A DNA stretch of 62,945 bases, filler included, from Reticulomyxa filosa (lineage: Eukaryota > Protista > Foraminifera): NCBI GenBank assembly GCA_000512085.1. It is 19 parts of 19 records of this genome, joined end to end, with 100 filler letters (N's around TTAATTAATTAA, not from the genome) between each part and the next. Parts side by side here need not be neighbours in the genome. Positions count along the whole stretch, not along the records: positions 47,353 to 54,719 come from ASPP01001091.1; positions 54,820 to 57,250 come from ASPP01015317.1; positions 57,351 to 59,965 come from ASPP01005129.1; positions 60,066 to 61,425 come from ASPP01028758.1; positions 61,526 to 62,945 come from ASPP01029804.1; 14 more parts are not named here. One strand, 5' to 3'. Below are positions 52,322 through 62,945 of this stretch, in pieces. Under the pieces are notes generated by a model. That model made no database searches, was not told the origin of the DNA, and worked only from the letters and a program-made list of their open reading frames with translations. The position numbers were made by a program, and so were the translations under genes. The first letter of the stretch is position 1. Each line of letters begins with the position of its first letter.

Positions 52322-54218
52322 GATTATGATTATTATTATTATTATTATCATTATTATTAGTATTATCACGATTGCTGCTGACATTAATATTACTATCGAC
52401 AGACCCATAAAAGGGCTGTGCGGAAAACGTGTTTGGTGGCGACAAGGTATCTGTGAATATGATCGGCGTGATTATTGCAGTCGGGGTCAAATTCACGAAA
52501 GGGGAATGCGGTGTGTACTGAGATTGCAATGATGTAGAGGAGGGACCCGACGCGTTTGGATGATGGCCCGACGAGGCCGTCCAGGTCGAAGACGACGGCA
52601 GCGTGACTTCCAATTCCATCTTTTGCGATCCGTCGAACACAAATCCACAGTCACGATCATGAGAATTGTGAGGAAACAAAGGATAGGTACCACTTTTTGT
52701 GGTTGCTATTGCGCCGTCGTTTGTGGGATTACCATTTGCGGCTGATCAAATTATAAGATAAATATATGTATATATATATATTATTTTTTTTTTTTTTTGC
52801 AAATTCCTCTATTTCAACTCTCATTAATAATTGTTTAGACAAAAACTACCCCTTGTGTTGCAAGACAGCCACGACGTCAGCTTCAAGTGTTGGGCATTGT
52901 CATCAGTGTGATGTGCGAGGACAGGGTTGGCGATGCTCCTTGCCGACGTCGACAAGAGTGGATGATGGATGTTATTGTGAGTGCCATGAACGGACGAGGA
53001 GGAAGAAGGAAGGGAGGACGTGTTGGCAGTGGTGCTCATGTTACTGCCATTGGACCATTGTAACGACACACTCATTGTGTTGGAAGTGGGGTCTGGACGA
53101 AGAGACTTGGCGGCGACGGTGGCATTGTTGTGACGATGCATACCGTAGTCTTGCAAACATTGCAACAGTCCAATAGATTCGTGGTCGCTTTTCTTCCAAC
53201 GCACTTCCAAATATAAATGCTCCATTTGGATCTCTGGAGGGAGTTGGTCCAATGCGTGATTCAACTCCGTACATATCTCTTTTGATAGTGGCAAGGAAAA
53301 CTCTTTCTTTTTTTTCAACTCTTTTAATCCTTCGTTTTCTGAATTACACGACCAATTCAATAGCGGCAATATGTTGTCGCAAGAGCTCACGTCGTCCATA
53401 CTTTCTGATAATGGGCGGGTTGGTCTTCGGCTTGTTCCTAATTTTGGTAAAATATGCACATACTTTGTTGTATCGTTTTCGTCATTGCCATTTTCATCAT
53501 TATCATTATCATTGTTATTATCATTGTTATTATCATTGTTATTGCCATTGTTGTTAATATTCATATCCATTTCACCAATTCTATTCACCAATCCCGTACT
53601 TACAAGTGGTTGCTCTCCTTCATCATCAACCAACTCTATACTTTTGTTTCTGGGAAATAATATAGACGGAGTGGCTCTACTCTTTTGGATAATGCGCTGC
53701 ATGCTCGTCGCTAGCCCATTTGTCGAGAGCGCTTTCGTCATCACGTTGCAATCACTACTTTTTTCATTTATACTTTCCCCTTTTGATGTGCACGCATTTC
53801 CACCGCTTTCTAGGTACGTTCTAGCTTTTGCTGATGGCAATTCACCCTTGTGCTGCACACTGTTGTTCGTCATTGATTTGCTATCATTTGTCTGAACTTG
53901 TACATCCGAAGTTGGATCTGGGTACTGTTTTGTATTTTCTGTTTACTGTCGGTTAACAAGACACAACATCGTAAACGAATATAGAAGCGATAAATACACG
54001 TACTTCCTGAATGTTAAGATCTGTCATTCATAAATTCAACTGGAATATTTTCTTTTCTCAATGTCAAATAATCTATTGATTTTATTTTTCTTAGCAAAAG
54101 GGGTTTCAGACGAGATTTCGCCTTCTTCGGCTAACAGTGTCGTGTTTTTGTTTTCTTTATCCAAAAAAAATTGCTTCAATCTTTCTTGCCTGAAAAAGTG
54201 TTGTACTGAGAGCAACAT
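50942..54218 (-). CDS. PTB/hnRNP-L-like RNA-binding protein (RRM3-RRM4 pair) with very long low-complexity N-terminus; start uncertain
   Basis: VVMINNL...IFILCGVFGDVIRVKI...TAFVQM, LTKDYSNSKKHRF and PSQILHVSNLP...LRISFA. Confidence 0.82.
52239..52362 (-). repeat. (AAT)n microsatellite encoding poly-Asn; similar tracts near 20020, 21796, 23887 and 53500
   Basis: Direct observation. Confidence 0.9.
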
Positions 54219-56857
54219 TTACATAAAACGTGTATCAATGAGAACATAAAAAAAAAAGATAGCTATTAACAAAACGAGGAATTTTAACTTTCTTAAAAAC
54301 ACATATGCTTTTTAAAGATGGATCTTTTATGCATAAGACTTGAACACCTGCAGAACAAGACAACTCACTCAAAAAAGGTCTACGATACCATCCTTGGCTT
54401 AGATTCACAAAGAAAATTTGGATATGACGAACAATGATGGAGGTTAAGCGAACTTTTGAGGATTGGATTTGCTTCTGATCTTTTTATTATTAATAATAAC
54501 GCACAATAACAAAAAAGGCACAAAGCAAAGAACGTCCTTCGGTTCTCTCCCTAATATTTCATTAAGTAGTTACCGTTTCATGTCCTCTAACTCATCTGGT
54601 AGTCACAGCTCTCGAAAAGATGCAGTTTTGTTGGCGTTGCATTTTGTTGTTGTCGGTAATTAAATCGACGACGCGAATTATTTCGACTAGCAAATACAAA
54701 AGTAAAAATAACAACAAAANNNNNNNNNNNNNNNNNNNNNNNNNNNNNNNNNNNNNNNNNNNNTTAATTAATTAANNNNNNNNNNNNNNNNNNNNNNNNN
54801 NNNNNNNNNNNNNNNNNNNGTGGCATTTTAGGTGTCAACTTTCTTTTTTATCTTACTATATATTAGTACCTATATCTTATTTGTGTCTTTGCTACAAAAA
54901 AAAAGGTCATTATCAACATATAGAATAATCCAAAATTATCTTAATAGTGTTTTTAAAAACCCGGAATTCAAACCCTTTCGGTTCCAACTTGTATGTATAT
55001 TTGTATTTTTTTGGTGTTGTTGTTTCAGCGATAATGAATTAGCATTTTTTTTTCTATCTATCTCACTGCCAAATAATAGTGATTGTATTTGCCAATTATG
55101 ACTCCTTAAAAAGACTATTGTTTAATTTCTTTTTTGAATCTAAAAAAAAGAACAACGCCTATTGATAGTAAAGATTTAATAAAAAATCAAAATCGTATTT
55201 AAAAACTACACATTTGTAAATATTTTTAAAATAAAAAAATTAAGTCTGTATCTTGTTTTTTCATGAAGAAAATCGACCATATATAATGCATCGAGTCTTT
55301 GAACAACGTAGCGTAAGTCTGCCTCACACGAGAACAGCGAGGAAAAAACAATTAATGTTGAATCATATACATTGCAATAGACACCACGCAATTGCAGAAG
55401 GAAGTAGTTGCGCGTGTCAGTCAAATGAGGATTAAACTGGTTTTTGTGCGCTGAAATCGAATATTTTGTTTATGTAATGTCGCAGTGCAATATAGCACTC
55501 TTTCAACAGATTTGTCGCTGTTCAATACTAGCGTTCAATGTCTTTTGTACCATCTGTTGATTGTGTAATGTAGTTTTAGTCTTCATCTATTTTCTGCCCT
55601 TATGTGGCATAGCGTGAATTTATGTTAATCCTTTCACTGTTTTTTCTTTTGCTAAATTCATTTATCCTGGATTTGATCCAAAAAATGTTGTTAACATGAC
55701 CTTCAAAATGCCGTAAAAAAAATTCATATTTAAGTTGTCGACAGCACCTATTTGTGACACTAGTAATATTTTTCATATTAACTTAATGAATTAATTTAAA
55801 AGATTCACAACAACAAGAAATAGAAAACATTTTTTAAATAAAAAAATTTAAGAAATAGAAAAATTAATTGGCACATTATCAGGATGTAAATAAAATTAGA
55901 AAACTTATTTACAATGTAAAGTGTTGAAGTTGCGATTAATAAAATATAAGAAAAAATATTTATTCAAACAACAAAAAATAAGTTTGGTTCAGAAATATCC
56001 AATTACACTTTTGATCAATGAAATTTGTGTTTTAATGAAGAATGCTGATTTAATTTGTTGGATTGATTTTTCAAAAAAATTTTATTGAACAAATTTGTGT
56101 AGTTTTGTTTGTTTTTGCGTTTTTGCGTATTGATAAATTAAAAAGTTGACTTTGCAACTGACACAAAAGATGTTCATGAGAAGATCTACCATTTGTTCGA
56201 GTTTCTACTTGAATAGTTTTGTCGGATATATCACATGATTGTTAGTTTTTTTGGACTGTAAAGTTTTTTTTGTTTAGTCTTTTTTTTTTTATCTTCCCTT
56301 TTTTTTTGGACATTGAAACTGCATGTTATCCAAGTTCTTCTTTCATCTTTCAAAAAAATAGAAATGAAGGATCATCGCCTTGAAGCAACATATTTTGCTT
56401 AGATTTAACTTTTTAAAATTTTATTTAAAAAAAAATGCAGTTAATTTTTTTATTTAGTATTATTACCTTTTTTTTTTGCTATCTTTGAATGAAGAACCAA
56501 AAAACAATAAACAGTCTCCAAAGCATCACATACTTATTTACCAACAACTTACATACTGGAGATTGATTTTATCCTCCTATTCAATGTTCGTCACTTAGGA
56601 AGTTAAATTCACTTGTTTTCTTCCTTACTCAATATTTATAAACAATGATAATAATCAATTCATTGAATATATTAACATTATCAATTTTATTTACATCTAT
56701 ATCTGCACCCATATTTCCAATAAATTAGTATATTTACAAGTGCATATACAAATATTTTTTTATTTTCATTCACACGTACACACATTTTTTATTTAATGTA
56801 TTAATAATGTTTGTTTGGCCCTCAGTTTTTTGTCAGCTGTTTCCTTTTTAAAAAAAG

Positions 56858-57195
56858 GCCAATAGCATCTTTGTCACAATGCCGGTTGTTAAATTTTTAC
56901 TTCTTTTCATAATCACGACGATATCTTTCATATGCCTATCGCCAATATTGTTACCATTCTTTGCACTGATTGTGACGGCAATCTTGATAGACGCAAAGGC
57001 AACAGTGGCAAAGCTGTTGTCCTGGTACCAGCGGTACAACTTACTTGTGTTGCGAATAAAAGGGAAGTCATTTGACGAGGAGAGTTTGAGCCAAATGGTA
57101 AATGGTACAACGTGGCAGACATTTTGTAACACGTTGGCATCTGCGAGTACCGCAATTACAGGAGGGTACACATTTAACAAAAAAGCTTATCCGTT
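56858..57195 (+). CDS. Exon of a hypothetical membrane protein
   Basis: AAAAAAAG acceptor followed by an open hydrophobic frame (VVKFLLLFIITTISFICLSPILLPFFALIVTAILID). Confidence 0.45.
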
Positions 57196-57353
57196 CTCCT
57201 TTTTTTTATTTTTCTTTTTACACATATAAATATATATATATATATATATANNNNNNNNNNNNNNNNNNNNNNNNNNNNNNNNNNNNNNNNNNNNTTAATT
57301 AATTAANNNNNNNNNNNNNNNNNNNNNNNNNNNNNNNNNNNNNNNNNNNNTTT

Positions 57354-57387
<34 letters not shown>

Positions 57388-57489
57388 AAATAAATAAAAT
57401 ACATGTATATAGGTGTATTCAATATACATTATCAGCAAAATTGAACAACCTATTGCGGTTTATTGTTACTGTTTGTTTATGAAATGTAT

Positions 57490-57768
57490 TGGAAAACTGA
57501 AAGAATGCTCGGTGGTGTTATGTGCATGATTTGGTGAAATGTCGGCTTGCGATTGTTGCGCTTGCCGCTGTGCACAAACTGGACAAAGGTCGTAGCCAAC
57601 TTCGTGCTGCGGGGTGTCACTTGAAATGTCACAATGGTACACGTAGTCATGATTCTCCATCGTTTTCTCGCAGTGATCACATCCCGCCATATTCATTGAC
57701 ATACTTTTATATGCTTCCCTTACTGTTGTGTATCTCAATGTCTTTCCACATACACTAACTGGGCATAT
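57490..57768 (-). CDS. ZZ-type-like zinc finger exon
   Basis: CPVSVCG...CDHC...YHC...H.VGYDLCPVC. Confidence 0.6.
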
Positions 57769-59433
57769 CTTTATTCGTTATGTTTTTTTTTTTTTTACAA
57801 GTGTCAATTAAAAAAAAAAAATTGATACCAAATACTTGTTAACATGTGAACATATGTACAACATTTGAACATGGGGACTTTTCAATTAAATTTTTTTTTT
57901 TTTTTTGTCTGTGTTTTGCTCTCTCCAAATTTTTGTATTAAAGGAAAGAAAGTATACGTATGGATAAACAAACTCAGAGCACTGTATCTTAACTATATGA
58001 AGTGGATGCTTGCAGTTTTGAAATTGCGTCAACAGGTTTAACATACACATATATTACAATATTTGTTTAACAAATTACACGTTTTTGTTTTTTTTCTTTT
58101 TTTAAAGCACCAAAAAAAAATGGAAATACAAGTGAAAAAAAAAAAAATGGAAAATAGTTTCGGAAGAAGACAAATTCTGACCCGACTGGACAACATTTAT
58201 GGGCTTGATTGCTGCAAGAAAAAAAAAACAGAAACAATCTATTGAATAGAAGAAGAATATTATTGCTCAAGTTTAGAAAAATACCCTTTTTTTTTTTAAG
58301 GTGAAAGGGGAAAAAACGATTATGAAATTGTCAATTCATATCTCCAAATTAAAAGTGTTGGCAAAGGCTTTTTTTTCTAAAATTTCCTTTTTTATTGAAA
58401 ATGAACATTGTACTAACTTTAAAAAAGCAATACTTATTTTTACTGTTATTGTTAAAATATTTTTGTGTCATAAAAAGTATATAGGCTGTCCAGGTAAAGC
58501 AGAAAAAACAACCTTTTCAGCATAGTCTGAATTGACCACTCTGATTTATGTATAACGATTGTTGTTTTAACTTCTAGTTCTCATGAAAAACAATTGTTCA
58601 AAACGCTTTCTATTTTTAAAAAATTTTGTTCATTTTCTATCAATTCATGTCTTACCGATACTCCCTTTTTTTGTGGTCATGTTGGCCATTTATTTTATTG
58701 TATACCTTTTTAGCTTCTCATCCACTGAATACGTTTGATTGAATCTATGAAAATTGCATATCGGTCACAGAGTTAACATAGCAAACGTTGTTTCTTCATA
58801 AGCTGCCAAGTGGTAAGAAATTTACATTTTTGAGGACTTTGGATTTCGAAAAAGGAAATAGAAAATTTTCAATAAACTTCATTAATTTAACTAGAGAAAT
58901 ACGCTTTGTTCGGTATAAATTTTTTGCTGTTAAAATAAAAACGTCATGACATACATTGTTTGCCAAATCAAAAAACTGGCCACACAATTCAATTTACAAG
59001 AGAAAAATATTAAGACAAAACTTACAATTTAACTTTACAAATTTTCTCGAGTTTTGTCCAAAATTTAACTTGATAATCAATAAGACATCTATATTTGAGT
59101 CAAATTATCAAAGGGATTAATATCAGCTTAACGTGCAAGCATGTGTTTATTTGCTGATATTTTTCCTAAATGAGGACCTAAAAGATTCAAACAAACTTGA
59201 ACCAACGAAGTTAGTGAGACACGATAGTTAAAAATCACCTAAAAACCCTGCTCTTGTAAATTATCTGGTCCCTTGTTTATGCAAGAGGAAAAAAATAGCT
59301 ACTCACTTAACATTGTTTAGCATCTTGCAAATAAAAATGTCTGCACTTTTGAAAGATGACAACAAAATACTGGGCCAGTTAGTACCTCACAACCCCTTTT
59401 TTTCATTTGGAATTTTTCCATTGCATATGCACC

Positions 59434-59965
59434 ATGAAAGCAATAGATAAAAAGAAACAAGAAAAACTATCAGAAGAAGTAAAGCAAATTAGAAAGGCCA
59501 ACAAAGAGAATTTAGTGTGCGCGGACTGTCCCAATAGAGTTGACTGCTCAGCAACAAGCAATCCCCCCAAAAGATGCTCACAAAAAAAAATTCTTTTTGT
59601 TTCCGAACCAACTCAAAACAATTACAATATAATCATAAACTTTGCTTTAAAATATTATTGACAGGCCCCATCATATGTGTGCACAAATTTCTCCACATTT
59701 GTATGTACCGATTGCTCTGGTGTTCAGTTATAATTCCAATTTGGTTTCTTTTGTTGTTTTTTTTCTAAAAAAAAAGTACGTACAGAAAACTTACCTGTGA
59801 TTTTTTTTCAAACCCCTTTTCATTGGTATTTTTTTGTTTTGTTTGTTTCATGTTTGAACTACTGTTGTATTAGTCGCAAGTTTGGCCACCGTGTGAAATC
59901 TATGGCAGTAGCAACGTTTACAGAAGATGAAGTGGAGAACTTGAGAAAAGGCGGGAATGAAGTTT
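59434..59965 (+). CDS. ArfGAP (AGFG/Hrb-like), 3'-partial; introns 59539-59664 and 59727-59873
   Basis: Spliced sequence NLVCADCPNR-APSYVCTNFSTFVCTDCSGVH-RKFGHRVKSM...EVENLRKGGNE gives CxxC-x16-CxxC-x4-R. Confidence 0.92.
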
Positions 59966-61544
59966 NNNNNNNNNNNNNNNNNNNNNNNNNNNNNNNNNNN
60001 NNNNNNNNNTTAATTAATTAANNNNNNNNNNNNNNNNNNNNNNNNNNNNNNNNNNNNNNNNNNNNTTTTTTTTTTTTTAATTGTATCTTTTTGGCAAGAG
60101 ATCACAGCTTAAAAAAAAAAACAAAAGTGTGTTTTTGATAGGTTATTGTATACGTTGTTTCCCTCCCCCCCCCCCTTAGCAACTACTTTTTCATCTACGC
60201 AAAAATAAATTATTTTTGTCAATCCGATCCCCACTCCTGAAATGTTCAGAAATTATAATTTTGTTTAAATATTTTTGTTGTAATAGTAGCAAGTCGCTTT
60301 TTTTTTTTAGGTGTCGCTGAAGATGTACATCCAAATATCATCGGGTTGATTGTGTATACATTTACCTGTGGTTTTTCCTCTGTTTTCTTGTATTGGTATC
60401 AGACATTTTCCCATTGATGACAAGGAACTTTCAACTTCATCCCAAATTTAATCATTATCAATACCTTGTCGTTCAGAGTCCTTTTTTATAAGATAACGAG
60501 AGTGTTCTGGATAGTCAAGGAACTGAAGTATTAGATTTGAAGTGAGTTTGGTCACAATAAAGTGATAAAAAAAATACATAAAAACATGACCACACTAAAC
60601 AGATTGATTAAACAACAAAAAAATTGCTGTACTCTCTTGACTGTAAAGATAAATGTACATGTCAACCTGAATGTTGCCAATGTCAGGAGAGACACAATAA
60701 GCAAGCGTATTTGTTTTGGCCGTGATGACAGCATCTTTTTTTGAATGGTGTTGTTTTGAGTGTATTGGATTTACACTGATTGTTTTCTTTCTTTTTCGGC
60801 AACTGTTGCACTTTGCAAAGGAGTGCATTGGTAAAGAAACTCTCAAGAGTGAGTCCCATGTTGTAGAAGTTTGCTTTGTTAGGTTGTTTGAAGAGAAGAG
60901 CCAAAACCATATTCATCATATCCAAAAGAAGTTTCTCTGAAAAGGGAAAACTTTTTCTCTTCAACAGAAAAATTTCCACTAAAAGAAAAATAATGAAGGC
61001 CAAAAAAACATTTTTAATTCAATTTTCTGTAATTAATCCGTTTTTTGGAATCACAATTATAGAAATACAATACAAAAATTTTAATAATTTTTTTTTTAAA
61101 ATTTTTTTGTAAAAAATGTAAAAATATTCAAAAAAATTGCAAATTTACATTTTTTTAAATAAACATTTATGAGTTATCTGTATCTTAACAAAAAAAAAAG
61201 GTCTTTTTTTTTTTGTCTCTGTCTGTCGTACCAACTCGTAATTAGGGTGATTGCACCCTCTTCAACTAGTATGTCTTTTTTCTTTCATTTTTTAAAATAA
61301 TTTCAACTTAAAAAAAAAGTGGTTTGCTTTTCAACAACAGTCCACTTTGCAAAAAAAAAAAATGACTTTTCTATTCGGGTCCTGTGCATCCTTCAACAAA
61401 AGAAAAAAGAAATGGGGTAAGGCCCNNNNNNNNNNNNNNNNNNNNNNNNNNNNNNNNNNNNNNNNNNNNTTAATTAATTAANNNNNNNNNNNNNNNNNNN
61501 NNNNNNNNNNNNNNNNNNNNNNNNNTTTTTTTTTTTTTTAAATT

Positions 61545-62094
61545 AAAAAAAAACTTGTTTGGACAGCAACACTTTTTGAGACGCAATGGCTTGCATGTCG
61601 ACATACATAGCCTGCAGACTTAGTGGTCGTGGGGCCCTTGTGAATGGGAGAAAGCAATTTGCGTTGGGAATCGATTGCAATACATTGTTGACGGTGGCCG
61701 CGCCGCAGTAACCGTTGATAGGCTGATGGATCACTGGTATCTCGTGGATCGTGCAGTCGTATAACTCCTTTGGGTAAGTGTCTTTCACCTTCGCCCATGC
61801 CAATGCCATCAACTCCTTGTTCTTGTAATTGGAGTGAGCCGTTATATTGCTGCCATCGAATGGACAGTCCTCGCATGCTATGGGGAGGAGTCTACGTACT
61901 TTATATACCACATATATCCCTATCGAAATTATCAGCGCCCCCAGCACACTTAGCACCGCCGTAAATGCTGCCAAACTATACATAAAACTCACCGTCAACA
62001 CTGCCACCAACACACATATTAGCAACGACAGAAGCTTTTGTCGGAAATACGGTATCACATATGAAAATGCTTCCTGCTTCGTGGAAACCAACAT
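61545..62094 (-). CDS. Membrane-anchored phytochelatin-synthase-like / papain-fold peptidase, 3'-partial
   Basis: Two N-terminal TM helices, then HQPINGYCGAATVNNVLQSI (Gln-x5-Cys-Gly catalytic helix pattern of the PCS/C39 families). Confidence 0.55.
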
Positions 62095-62945
62095 TCTCTT
62101 TTGGGAGGATGTCTTTGAGGATATTATGTGTCACACGATTTCAAAGAGGAGAGGGGGGATCACCGAATTTTAAGGTTCTATGTTCAAAAGTTGGTGGTCC
62201 AACACCAGAATAGTAAATATGCACTTTTACTGTTGCAAACAGACAACAAACTCCCTCAAGTGAAGAGTGCAAGACAATATTTTGTCAAAAGAGGTACCAA
62301 GTCTTAACAAAAACTGTTTTTGGTTCATTTAGCTCGAGAAATACAACCAAATTGAATAAGGTAAAAAAAAGCCACCAATACAAAAATTTAATTCTGCACA
62401 ACAAATTGTGGATACGTTTTTTTTTGGCTGTCAGTCCGCAAATGCGGCAGGTCAAAAATACCAAAAAAAAAAAAAATTATATATATTCCCAATCAAACAA
62501 CATACAAAGCATTGCATGCGACTTGCGCCCATTGACTCATTGTGGGAGGGAGGGGCGGGTCTTTCCATTTTCCCTGCCCTTCACAAGATCTCTTGTTCAA
62601 GGACTAACTGGCGATATCGGAGGAGGTAAAGGTTTAAGATACTCATACAATAAATGATGCGGCTGTTTACACACGCGGAGATAGAAATGCTGACCAAAGC
62701 GAACGCTACTGACCATGGAAAAGATGTTCACGAGCGAGTCGATCGGAAACGTGTAATAATACAGATACGTGGTATTGCAAAAATCGCACACGCGAAAGCT
62801 GATGCTGCCCGCGATCAGCAAAGCGGAAGTGCTTCCTATTGGGAAAGAAAAGACGCGAGGGGAGAGGAGGATAGAAAGAAAAGGGTAGATTAAGATAACA
62901 AAAAAAAAAAAAAAGATGAAAAGGGAACATGACACACACATATCG

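Noticed and set aside
56820-57185. Minus-strand Cys-rich frame with in-frame TAA/TAG/TGA suggesting a variant genetic code
   Set aside because: It is the shadow of an open hydrophobic plus-strand exon. TAA, TAG and TGA all end clear genes in this window (RPB5 TAA, PKG TAG, RING-carrier TGA).
1-62945. tRNA, rRNA, snRNA or CRISPR arrays
   Set aside because: No recognisable signatures by eye; a covariance-model scan is needed to exclude small RNAs.

Overview
This is not one continuous locus. It is 19 unrelated contigs joined by an artificial 100-nt spacer (N44-TTAATTAATTAA-N44), so adjacency across spacers has no biological meaning. Eighteen contigs are AT-rich, intron-containing eukaryotic DNA with homopolymer and (TA)n/(AAT)n tracts. 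Their expanded WD40, TRAF-zinc-finger, Kelch-like, TPR and caspase-like families match what I recall of the foraminiferan Reticulomyxa filosa (recognition only, no search run). One contig (15930-17453) looks bacterial. Recognisable genes include RPB5, PA200/Blm10, a PKG-like kinase, a calmodulin-like protein, an ArfGAP, a TBC Rab-GAP, a PTB/hnRNP-L-like RRM protein, two WD40 paralogues, a lectin/LamG/WSC/ShKT surface protein and decayed LINE retrotransposons. The most notable observations are: (1) a 187-codon WD40 exon with no G/C-ending codon except Trp, unlike its own upstream exons and its paralogue; (2) many introns with inverted architecture (5' U-tract, 3' A-tract or AAAAAG acceptor, GTT donors); (3) a spliced RING-H2 + mitochondrial-carrier fusion; (4) a 7TM + pseudokinase fusion joined by a probable GC-AG intron; (5) five 'missing-A' frameshifts in otherwise intact genes. 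All gene models were built by hand from GT/AG phase compatibility.
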